Below are positions 32,048 through 45,095 of a stretch of DNA of 64,000 nt, piece by piece (positions within the stretch are counted from its first letter, which is position 1; each line of letters opens with the position of its first letter). Both the position numbers and the translations under genes were made by a program. The DNA comes from the human T2T-CHM13v2.0 reference genome, Homo sapiens, in NCBI RefSeq assembly GCF_009914755.1, contig NC_060937.1; one strand, written 5' to 3'. The notes beneath the pieces were generated by a model. It was given only the letters and a program-made list of their open reading frames with translations. It ran no database searches and was not told the origin of the DNA.

Positions 32048-32499
32048 GAGAGAAAGTGAAAGAATCAAGGAGATTTTTTCATAATATGTTATTACACAAT
32101 ATTACACAATAATATGTTATTGTGTAATAACTGTCACCTCTTAGGATTATTGTTAGATGCCTAGAATATCATGTATAAGAAAATGCATTGCAAATATAAA
32201 GCCCTTTAGGGATCATATCTCTTATAGACAGAGTGAAGGGCTGGAATGAGCACAGATTCATAGAACTGGAGTTTGAAATTCACCTCCACCACTGGTCAGT
32301 GACCTCAAACATCCTCTCCTTTGGGGAGTTTTATTAATTGCTACCACTAGGTGTCACCTACCCAGCTGGAGAGAAAATAAAGCTCCCTGAGGCTGGGAGC
32401 TGCTTGGGACTTGAGACCTGTGCATTGTACAACCCCTGGGAGATTTGCAAGCCTGGAGCAATCTGGAGGAATTCAACTCTTCCAAAAGAGTGAGCAACC

Positions 32500-32900
32500 G
32501 ATTAGCTTTGGAAGGGGCTTATCATCAGTGTAGGCAGGTGGTGGTGACAGGGGCCTGTGATGGTTTTGTCACCTCCCATGGCCTGGTTGTTCTGGCTGGG
32601 AAGTGAAGTGCTTGCTTGCCCTGCCAGCCTCAGCAGTGTATTTTGGTGCCCTCGAGAACTGGGGTGGATGGCATGAGCCAAAGAGAAAACCAAAATGCTG
32701 ACATTGACATCACAGCCACTTTTAGGGTCCAAGGGGTAGTGGTGGAATTCTTTGTTGCCAAGGATTCTGTGAGGCTTGGCTCTCAGGACCTGGACCATGG
32801 CTAGTGTTCCTCACTGGGGCAAACACATGAACTCTAGATGCAGTCATGAACTTGGCATGAGGGGGAAGAGCCACTGCAGGAGGTTTGAGTGCAGAACTAC
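32500..32900 (-). mobile_element. Possible ancient RTE-clade LINE (L4-like) relic
   Basis: Minus strand gcctcacagaatccttggcaacaaag resembles coding for the RTE CLRRILGI motif; downstream ctctttggctcatg resembles LFGH. Confidence 0.35.
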
Positions 32901-33046
32901 CGCTGGTGCTACTAGAATATAAATGACTTGCAAAAGACAACCCTTGCCATAGAGAGCTCTCCTGCAGGATGTAGGACACAGACTTAAAAGAGACAACTCT
33001 AAATTTATGCTTATTATCTGTGGTGGTGAAGTGAGCTCCAATGTGA

Positions 33047-33369
<323 letters not shown>

Positions 33370-34289
33370 ACATGTGTACTTTTTTAGCACTAGACTCTAA
33401 TTACCTAAATTCTGTAGAAGTAACTGCCAATAGCCTTATAACCAATGCCACTGAAGAAAATATGGACTACACAAGTTTAAAAGTTTATTTTTATTTAAAC
33501 TTTTTTAAACTTTAAAAGTTTATTTTTTAACTCATATAATCTCTATACAGAAATCACCAAAGTTTCAACAACGTAATGTTAGATGGGATGTTTCAGATTT
33601 TTTTTAAGAACACACAAAAAATGCAAAAGGTAAATTATAAGTGAAATGATTTTTTTTAACCACGGTTTATGAGAAAGTTGGTCTTGAGAGTTATTCTCAG
33701 AAGCTGGGATCTCAAAAAGGGCATTAGAATATGAAGAAATAGCAGAAAATTTTTTTTGTTTGTTTAAATCTGCCCAAGTATCTAATGCATTCACTAAATC
33801 AATGTGTCAAGGGCTGAGGAAGATGTCCGTTGCAGGCATGCCTCAGTGATGCAAGAGAAGCCAGGATCTGTGACTACCCCTCAGACCCCAGGCCTTTCTC
33901 TCTGCTGGCTTGCTCTATGGTAGAGACTTGTTCCTTGAGCAAACACTGATTTCCCTTTGCCAGTAACTCTCGGCCTGTGTCCAGAACGTAAATGCATAAA
34001 GTAGTGTAAAACCCCATCATCTGTGCATGCACCTGTCCCTTCTTAATCTAATTTATAATCAGACCATTTCCCCAGAAATCCTTGTTTCTGCTCAGCCATG
34101 ACAGGCCTGAGTCATTTTATTTTTTATATTAGAAATAAATTTGGTAATGAAAGAGCTTTCTGGTACTTGCAAAGGTATAACAGTAATCTTTGGCATTTTT
34201 GAGTTTTTACTGTGTGCTTTATAACCACGACATTGACCCACTGACATAGATATTATTGCTATACCCCACTTTATAGAAAGGTGAGCCCC

Positions 34290-34926
34290 TGGAAAGCAGT
34301 ATGGCAATCCTCAAAGAGCTAAAAGCAGAACTACCATTCAACCCAACAATCCCATGACTGGGTATATACCCAGAGGAATATAAATCATTCTGCCATAAGG
34401 ACACATGCACACGCATGTTCACTGCAGCACTATTCACATAGCAAAGACATGGAATCAACCTAAATGCCCATCAATGACAGATGGGATAAAGAGAATGATA
34501 AAGATGAAAAGACAAGAAAATGATGAAGATAAAAGAAAATGCATAGTATTTCATATACTCCATGGAATACTGTGCAGCCATAAAAAAACTGAGATCATGT
34601 CTTTCATGGGAACATGGATGGAGCTGGAGGCTCTTATTCTCAGCAAACTAACGCAGGAACAGAAAACCAAATACTGTATTTTCTTACTTATAAGCAGGAG
34701 CTAATGATGAGAATTTATGAACACAAAGAAGGAAACTACAGACACTGGTGTCTACTTGACGGCAGAGGGTGGGAGGAGGGAGAGGAGCAGAAAATATAAC
34801 TACTGGGTACTGGGCTTAATTCCTGGGTGATGAAATAATCCGTACAACAAACCCTCGTGACATGAGTTTACCTGTATAACAAACCTCCACGTGTACCCCC
34901 GAACCTAAAATAAAAGTAAAAAAAAG
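34290..34926 (+). mobile_element. 5'-truncated primate L1 (L1PA/PB) 3' end inserted in a MIR
   Basis: ORF2 C-terminal and 3' UTR motifs (catggaatcaacctaaatgcccatcaatga; aacctaaaataaaag + A tail); flanks agaaaggtgag / agaaagttgag. Confidence 0.88.
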
Positions 34927-37900
34927 AGAAAGTTGAGGCTCAGAGGGTGCAGTAACCTTCCCAGTCACATGGCAAGGCTGTAGCCTAGCAGGATTCCCAC
35001 CTGAGGTCCAGGCTCCAGGCCCTGTACTCTGGTGCCTCTCACTACTATACCTCTCAGGAAGCGTGTGCTCACCTGAGTTTGTGCCTGGAGCCCCCATGTG
35101 CCTTTGACGGTATGATGGGAGCATGTCACAGGCTAGCACTCTGAAAGGGTAGTCATTGGCCCTTCACTTGTACGAGATGAACCTTCACCTTGATATCTGC
35201 CTTCTCCTGCCCATTTCGGTGGCAGAACTGGTTTTTCAAAGCCTCAGTTTCTTAATTGGTGGAATGGGTCCAATTTTTTCGCTGCTTAGAACTCCAGTGG
35301 GGTATTATGAATCTTAAATGAGACAATATATAGTCATGTGCTTGTTAAACTATAATGCAATACCTCATACCAGATGTTATTGTCAGTGTAATTATACCTT
35401 ATAATTCCACTTTAATAAAAAATGAGACCTAAATTATATTTTTCCTTGAAATTACATTGTCCTGTTCTGAAAAAGAATTACTTTTCTTTCCTTGCCATGG
35501 TTGGGGCTTTCAAAAAAAGAATTACTTTTAGATTCTTTTAAAAATATCTAGATTCTATTTTGCTTCCTGACAGATATTTTCCCAGTTTTGTGTTTCCTGT
35601 AGAGGAGGGGGAAAGTACACCGTTAAAAACAATCCTAGAGAGCTTTCTTGCTTGGCACTAAGATAGAATTTAGTTGGGAATCTCTACTAGGGCTGCGCTG
35701 ACATCCTTATTCAGCCTAGTATATGGGAACGTTTTGAGATAAATTCTTGATCATGTAAAAGAGATTATTTTAAGAGCAGAAGTCAGGAGGAAACATGCTT
35801 CCTGGCTTTTATGATTACCTTATCTGGGCATAATAATAAGCTCTCCCCTGTAGGCCACTTTTTCTTCCAGAATGTTCAAGAATGTAGGTTACATGGTTCA
35901 GTTATAATAACACTTTAAGAACACAGTAAATCAAATTGCATTGCCTAAAAGTCCGTGAGTGTCATGGCAGGTCCAGGACAGAGTGGCCTAGTTGCATAGA
36001 TTGAGGTTGCTGAGTGGCTCCACTCAGCAGCAGCAAGAAGAATCCAGTGTCACTTCAGGCCAGGATGCTCCCACTCCTGAAGCAACCCAAACCTATGCAG
36101 TAAAGAGATAAAAAATGACAACCAAAGGATGGATCACCTCTCTAACTCAGTCACATCTTTTTTTCCCCGAGGAAGGAATCAAAATTGTATTAGTCTCTTA
36201 AGAAACAGACATGTTATATTCTACAAATAGGGTTAATATTGTGTACAAAATAATATTTGTAAACAAAAGTCTTTTAGCTGGTGATACACCAAAAGAACCA
36301 TTTTTGTGGGTTAGTGTTTTCCTTCCCAATAAAATAATTTTTTGAGCTGTAGTTTTTGTTCAGATTATTAATTTGTCAGATTTTATAGCCTAGCCAGTGT
36401 GTTTTTATTTAGTCTTACTAAAGTGCCATGAGTTTCAATGTGGCTCAATTCTTGCTTAAACTTCCCTATGCTAACATCATATATTGATCCTGAAGTCCAA
36501 GGTGATGTACCTCAAAATAACAAATGTGCAGAGCCTTTATTTAAAACAAACAGTTTCCCTTTCAAATGCTTGGGATTTTTATGTATTCTTATTGTAAAAT
36601 TGTTTTAAAATAGAATTGTGGAAGCACCCAAAATGAATCAACATTATAGTTATTTACTGAGTATATATTAATATGATTTTAATTTTGATATTGATATGAT
36701 GAATCAATTCAGTTATCCCCTTAGCGCCTTTCTGCCTCAGTTAATCTGTTTCTTAAATGTTACTGCCTTGTTCTTGCAATCTGCCTGGTGGCCCATCAGA
36801 GTTGTCCCCTGAGAATTAAATGAAATGGGAATACCTTCTCTATTAAATTCAGGGTTTTAGTGTCAGATTACTTTTAGTTTGCAAGAAACTACATATAATA
36901 TTTGCATATTCAGTTCTATATTTGCCTTCAAGAGTTGTGTTGCAAACTCTTGAAGGCAAATATATATTTTAAGCCTGTTTGGGTTCCTATTGTTTAATAA
37001 ATATGTCTTCATAGTATAAATTGTCATGTCTTCTTATTCCCTGACTCCTCTCCTGATTGAATTTTTTCATCCCTCTCAAGCTGACTATAACAGCTTCTTT
37101 AGGAACTTTGTCTTTAGATTTCTTTGAAGAGCCTAGAGCTAAATATTTTCAGCCTATTAGACCTACTTCCTTTTTTTGTAACATTTAGGCATGCCTCATT
37201 TACTGTCTTGAAGTGGAATTCAAAGATAATACAACTCACCTATACATATAACTTTTAAAAATATATATGTATTTAAATCCCTATCTTTAGGATACAAGAG
37301 AAAGGTAAGAACAGTAATCCACAGTAAACTACTCTGAATTTCAACCCATCAGTACTCTGACACCATTACATGGGAGGCATGCTGAGATAGTAGGATGTGT
37401 GTACCTCTCACACAGCCACCATGGATGCACCGCCTCCTCAGCCCCAGGTGGACTGTCACAGGTATGGGCCAGGTGTGGGCCAGGTGATGCCCTATATAAT
37501 TTCCCCTGTATAATTTCCCAGGTGTTATAATTTCCCAAATTGATGGTCAGTTGCTGTTAAAGCTTCAAACACAACCAAGTACAGTTTTTCCTCAACTTAC
37601 ATGCTAATGCATGCCTTGAAAATATTAAAGACATTAAACTTGGGCAAAAATATTTTCTTTATATGTAAAACAGATAGCTTCCAGACTTAGATCATTGTAA
37701 GTTTTTTATCTCCAAGGATGACAAGGAGGAGTATTTGAAAGTCAGGTGAGATGTGGGACAATTTTTCATTGTGCAGGAGAGCGCCACACTTTGCAGGGCA
37801 TCAAGCAGTTTCTGCCTTCTGCTCATGGAATGTCAGTAGCACCCTCCCCCATCACTAGGATGACAAAACCACCCCACAAATTTTGAAAAAGCCTACACAG

Positions 37901-39983
37901 TGAGAAACACTATTATAGAACATTGAGGCTGCTTTGTAATGAGTGTGATTTTGCTTTATTAAAGAGTATAATTATTGTAGAAATCTATGTTATAGCCACC
38001 TTCATATTGAATGATCATCATTTGTCTTGCTACTAGATCATAAGCCTATCAAGGGCCAAGGTGTATCTTACTGTGTCAAGGGGATCTAACAGAGTGTCAG
38101 GCAATATATTGGTGATTGGTCTGTTGAATAAATAAAAGCTCGTGAACAATCTCCTCTATTTTCAAAGGAACTGATATTTTAATTAGTAATACATACCACT
38201 GTTATCAGACTTCATTGTTAAAATATTACTGTTAAGCTATTAAATGCTGGATTGTACAAACCTAGAACATAGCTAGTGATCTATGCCTAGTTGGAGCAGG
38301 TTATCTTTCTTTGTGTGTTGAAATTTTTATTGATATCATTTAAAAATAACATGTAACAAAAGAGTTGCTAGCAGCATTTACAGACTGTGTGTTTTTTTCT
38401 CCTTTAAAGAAAATTATGCTTTTCCATTGTTACAAAACTATTGGGAGCTTCTTGGTACAATAGGGCAGAGAGAAACAATAAAGACAGTCTCCATCCCCTG
38501 GGGTGTTGTCATCCATTTGGAGTGATGGACTAACATCTAGAACCATTAAAGCTAATGACTAAGTGCCATGTGGAATAGTGATGTTGATAGATACAGTAAG
38601 AGTCCAAGGAAGGGATTATAATGAGTAATCAGGATAGTCAGAAAGCTCATGGAATGATAGGACTTGAGCTCATCTTAAGTGATGGGTGGAATTTGAACTG
38701 GTGAAGAGGACCACATCCTCAGCAAAGGGAGAAAAATGTAACAAAGGTTTAGAGGTGGCAGTTAACATGATAGGTGTGGAAGACAGGCAGCAGAGCAGTG
38801 GCCAGGGATGATGGTGGGTTGGAGGAGGAAGAGTATGGCTATTGGGGAAAAATGTAAGGAAAGTTGGTTGGCAGAGTGAGGGCCAAACTCAAAGATTATT
38901 TTGTTTTGGCCAAAATTAACTTTAAAAGATCTGATGTTAATCTTATGTTATACCTTTTTAAAAAACTATTCTCTTCAGAGGTTTGTTTTTTATTTTACTT
39001 ATTTGTGTCAGTAAAAATAAAATGTTCACGGCCAGATTTTGGATTGAATGCTTAGTAGTCATGCAAGTATCAAAAAGCAAGATTTAGATAAGAGAAAATG
39101 TTATCTTTTTTTACTGTATCATTTTACTATTATATTTTATGATTTTTTATTGCCTTCATTCAGTTAACTAAAGTTAGAATAGATGAGAATATGGAGTTAA
39201 AGGAAGGCCACATGGAGAGCTAAGCTTGAATTGGAATCAGGAGTCACTTATAGCTGTGCCACCTAGGGCAATAACTTTACTACAATTCACTTCAGTCTTC
39301 CCATCTTTAAAATGGAGGTAATACCTTACCCATAAACACACTACAGGTCTGTGGATTAAGTGTCATAACAGCCTATTGTGTGGCACAAAGAAGGCACTTA
39401 ATGGATGTTAGGTCCCTTATTGGATTAAAATAAGATATTTAACTTCTTTAAGAGTAGGTACAATTTGTGTTGAGTCATAGAACCATTAAAGCTCATAAAA
39501 ATTACATCATATCAGGCAAGTATGTATTATGAGTGACCTTGGATTCTCTAAATTCAGTTTCTTCATCTATAAAATAGAGATAAAATACTCGTAAAATTAT
39601 GAGGATTAAGTGAGATAATGCATGAAAGGTACTCAGCACAGTGACTGCTGATACCTAGCAATCATGCAATAAACACTATCATTAGTATAAGGATGTTATA
39701 ATTATGATGCCTACATGCTACACATTTATACTGTCTCTATCTTTACTACAGTCCTAAGTGGTATGTATTATTAATGTTCTTATGTTTATATGAGCAAGAA
39801 CTGAAGTATAGGGAACTTAAGTGACATGCTCAGAGTTTCCAGCCGGTTCATCAGTGAGATTGGACTTGACCATAGATCCTCTGAATCCGAATCAGGTGTG
39901 GTTTCGCCATGCTAGTGTTGCTTCAATCCTTTGCAATGTGCAGGATAACCCCTTCCTTCAAATCCCCCTCTAAAAATGATTTA

Positions 39984-40401
<418 letters not shown>

Positions 40402-42226
40402 CTAGAGCTGACTGCCCAATGACGAAGGTAAAGATGAAACAGATAACCCTGTTCCTAGCAACTCCACTTTGTTTGCAATGCATTTTTCCTTTGTTTGCAA
40501 TGCCTTCATGCTCACAGTGCAGGCTGTGGAAGTTGGGTGGGAAATTTGACGATTAGGATTTATTCAACACAGTTTGCCTTTTACTATTGATCACTTCTTT
40601 CCGGAATTATAAACATGTTTGATTTATTATAATCTATTTCATAGCCAAGTTTCCAAATCTAGTTGTCAACCAATGTTAATAGTTTCTTTGGTTCTATTTA
40701 GAGTGACAATAAATATTTTGGAGGCACAACTAATATGAACAAAGGTACTGCAAATGTAGACATATGTTGGGTTGCAGAAGTTGCCATAATAGACCCATAT
40801 GTAGTATCGCTCTTGGCACATGGCAGAATTTTAGCAAGTTGAAAATAAAGTTTGCAGGAGCAGGCAAATGTTAAACATCTGCCAAAGTGAATTATGAAAC
40901 AGAAATTGTATTTACCAAAAACGTTTGTGCTCTTTAATTACCTGAACATTGTAATCCTCAGTATTTCAGAGCTATGTGAAAAACCTAAAATCTTAACATT
41001 AACATTGGAACTCATCTTCTTCATTGGAGTGGAAGTTGGAGGGTGTCCTGTCTTTCTTACTCTTTCGTATTCAAGGACAGGCCTATTTTTTTTTTAAACT
41101 GCTGTGAGGTCGTCTGGTGATTTTTTTTTTTTTTTTAACTGAATTGCTGTGACAAAGTATACAGCTCATCTGCTGGCTCAGGGTCTCTGCCAAAAGAACC
41201 TTTGGAATAACAACAGCAGAATTCATGAGATTCCTGTGAGTTTCATTCTGTTCTTTGAATGCTGGCTTATTGAAAGATATATGGGCAGCCACAGGCACAG
41301 CTAGAATTAGGCACAGCCAGAATTCACCATCTGCCACTGCTCTCGGGAGTATAGGAAGATGATGATAATTTTTAAGATTATTAATTATTCATCTTAGACA
41401 TTTATTAAGACTCCACAGTCTTCAGCTCTTGGAGCTCATGCTGTAAATTAAACAGACCTAAGAAATAGAAATGGAACCAGAAGAAACATCTATCTCCTTT
41501 AAAAAAATAAATAAATAAACTGAAATGGGTTGGCTTTAAGAAAACAATATATGTAGTCAATTTTACTTAAAATTTATTTTTTCTCAGGTGTTAGAAGGTA
41601 CAATGGATGGATAACACATTAAGCTTGGGAAAATGCAAAATATAAGTGTATGGCCCTGATAACTTTGATAGAATCTTTAGATGAGAACAAATTTAGACCT
41701 TTTCTCTGAGGTCTGTGAACATGTTCTATGAACATGTAGACCTTTTCTGTGAGGAATACCTATATTTGATTCATTAGTAAAAGTAAAACCAGATTAAGAA
41801 AATTTCAACATTGAAAAAGGACCTTGAAGTAGCCTAACCATGTGCCCTGTGCATGCAGCTTCTCAATAACATCCTCATGGCAGATGTGTTCAGCTTCTGC
41901 TTAAATACCTCCCATGACAGGAAAATCATTACTTCCAGAGGAAATTGATCCACTCAACATATTTACCGAACACCTGTTTACTGTGTCTGATCTGGTAGAG
42001 CTTACACCTACCCAGAAGAGTCAGACAGTAAACAATACATTCAATAAATAAGTAAATTATATATCAAGTTCATTCCATTTTCAGATGTGTTATTTTGTTA
42101 GAAAGCTTTTCCTTATATTTCCTTACACATAATGATTGTTTAGGTGTTTGAAGAAAGTATTTGTTGCCCTCTCGAGTCACCTGGTTTTCAATGTACGCTC
42201 CTGGTTGGTGAAACAGTTGTTCCTAT

Positions 42227-42880
42227 GTATTAGTTTGCTAGGGCCACCATAACAAGGTACCGCAGGCTGTTTGGCTAAACAACACACATTTGTTTTCTCA
42301 CATTTCTGAAGGCTAGAAGTCCCAGATCAAGGTGCTGGCAGGGTTGGTTCTTTCTGAGGCCTCTCTCCTTGCCTTATAGATTGCCGTCTTCTCCCTGTGT
42401 CCTCCCATGCTCTTTGTATGTGTGTGATAATCTTCTTTCCTTTGTTTGTTTGTTTGTTTGTTTGAGACTGAGTCTTGCGCTGTCACCCAGGCTGGAGTGG
42501 AGTGGTGCAATCTTGGCTCACTACAGCCTCCTCCTCCTAGGTTCAAGCCATTCTCCTGCCTCAGCCTCCCAAATAGCTGGGATTACAGGGACCCATGAGT
42601 TTCACCATGTTGGCCAGGCTGGTCTCGAACTCCTGACCTCAGTTGATCCACCTGCTTTAGCCTCCCAAAGTGCTGGGATTTACAGGAGTGAGCCACCACA
42701 CCTGGCCGCTAATCATCTTAAAAGGACACTAGTCATATTGGATTGGGTCCACCCTAATGACCTTGTTTTATCTTAGTTGTTACTTTAAAAGCCCTGTCTC
42801 CAAATACAGTCACATTCTGAGTACAGAGGGTTAGGACTTCAACATATGGATTTGGGGGGCACAAGTCAGCCCCTAACACA
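42227..42880 (-). mobile_element. MLT1B/C-like solo LTR split by an Alu
   Basis: tgtattagtttgctagggccaccataacaa start; ...ggacttcaacatatggatttggggggcacaagtcagcccctaaca end. Confidence 0.8.
42437..42707 (-). mobile_element. Alu with deleted central linker
   Basis: gattacagggacccatgagtttcaccatg junction lacks the A-rich middle; TSD taatc(t/a)tctt. Confidence 0.9.
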
Positions 42881-44455
42881 TATCCCTTGTCTTTTGGAAC
42901 CCACAGAAGTGGGAGGATAATTCCATGAATATAACCAGGCAAGATGGTCCCATCCCATGTTCTAGACATCTAGTTTACCTTTGATAGTCCCAGCATGGTT
43001 GACTGATGTTGAGCTTGCAGTCTATGAGAAATCCCAAGTCTCTACACAGCTTGTTTTTTTAGGCTTGTCTTCTCCTATCCTTTGCATAATTTATTCTTTT
43101 ATCTAGTCACACTGGGGATACAGCAGGGAACCAAGTAGACATTGTCCCTGTCTCTTGGAACTTAACATACATTAGTGAAGGCTGTCAGTGAACAAATGAG
43201 CAAACAAATATATAATTACAAATTGTAAGATGTACTATAAAGTGAATGAACAGATAAATAGTAGAAGAGACATCCTACTCTTGATAGTTTTTTTTTTTTT
43301 GGTGGGGTATGCATTTTGGCATTTACCCTGAAATAAAACATTATTTTTAATATATCTGGCCTATTATTCCACCCTACCCCAACCATTTATAGAAGAGATC
43401 CTGGCTGTTATTTGTTATTTTTAGTGCCCTCATCCTTCACTTTATTCCTAAATGTGATAAATATGACACCTCTGGCTTTATCCCAGTCATCAATAAAAAT
43501 ATCTAACGGGACAGAACAGTACCATTGTTGTCCTAGAGCTAACAGTAATATCCATTAGCTACACATAGATAAAGATCTAGCCAGCATATATAAAGTGAGA
43601 CTCTTATTAGAAATATTAACAAGATTAATGCTGCCCACTGCTAAGTTTTCTATTTCACCAGCTGAGTCTTAAATGTTCCTCTGGCTGTACCACATTGATC
43701 ACAAAAGGCCTTTCAAGTTGTCTGCCTGATGATTTTTAAAAGGTCAAATTCATTTAAAGTATTTCACTCATAATGTGGGGAAATAGAAGTTGTTCTGAAT
43801 CTAACCAGAAAGAACGTCACTTACAAACCAGAATGCCTACGTTTTGCAGGGCCGAGGATCCAAGGTGATGTTCATCAGCTCCTTTCACATGGATCTAACC
43901 TGCCCATGTAGGCCCACTCCAATCACCTGGAAAGTGTGAGTCCAAGGCCAGAACCTACCCAGGCCAGTTCTGTGATGCCCTCTTTCTCCTTACCTTGGGC
44001 ATCCTTGGCTTTAATGGCCAATTCTGTACTTGCTGCCCTGGCTCTACTGGTCTCCCACATAGACAGTTCCCACGTTTGTGTTTGGCCATCGAACGCAGTG
44101 TTTGGGTAAGAGGCACTCCAGATCTCTCAGCTGCCAGTCCACTGAGCTGATTCTCTTTTTAGTTGGAGTAGGGAGAGTTTAATCAAATTTAGAGAACTGG
44201 GGATTGGAATCATCCAGCAGGCACATCACCCTTGGTCATCACAGGGTTACCCATCCAGAGCAGTGGAGAAAATGAAATGTTTTCAGAGGCAGTCAAACTT
44301 GACCTTTAATTTAGCATGGACCATAGCTTGTCAAGGTTCATCAGCAGAGCGGTACTGTTGTAAGCATTTGCTAATGTAGACATTATTTGACGTTAATTTA
44401 CTTGCTAATTTGACACATTTTTGTATAACACAGAATAAGTTAAATCGCAACAAAA

Positions 44456-44456
44456 T

Positions 44457-44487
<31 letters not shown>

Positions 44488-44489
44488 TT
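44456..44489. repeat. (TTTA)n microsatellite
   Basis: Directly visible. Confidence 0.95.
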
Positions 44490-45060
44490 GAATATTCCTT
44501 AAACACCTATCACATGCTAGGCATTGTTCTGGGTGCTAAAATTACAGCTGTGAATAAAATAGACACAGCTCCTTCCCTCGCAGATCTTATATTCTGGTGG
44601 GGGAGGGCGGGAGACTAAGACCATGTAAATATGTATTATTCAGAGAGTGAAATATGCTTTGAATAAAATATAGAAACAGAAGAAAGTCACAGTGACGGGA
44701 AGGAAATTTCGCCTTATATTGGGTGGTCAGGGAACATCTTATTGATAGGCAGAGCCTGAAGAAAGAGAAAGAGCAAACCATATGGATACCTGGAGAGAGG
44801 AAGTTTGGGCAGAAGGAAGAGCAAATGCAAAGGCCCTGGGCTGGGTCTTCTCAAGGAAAAGCAAGGAGGCCGCTGTGGCTGGTGTGGGGCTGGCGCTTAT
44901 TCTACACTGCTGCCTTTCAGAAAGTGTAACAAAGAACCAGATGGCTCTTTGCTAGACTTGCCCTATTTTGTTGTGGTTGTTAACTAAAAATACATGGGAA
45001 AAGGGTGTTTTTTATACTGCTAAGGTTGCATTCTTGATTGGCTAAGGAGTTAACCCCAGG

Positions 45061-45061
<1 letters not shown>

Positions 45062-45091
<30 letters not shown>
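45062..45091. repeat. (TG)n microsatellite
   Basis: Directly visible. Confidence 0.95.
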
Positions 45092-45095
<4 letters not shown>

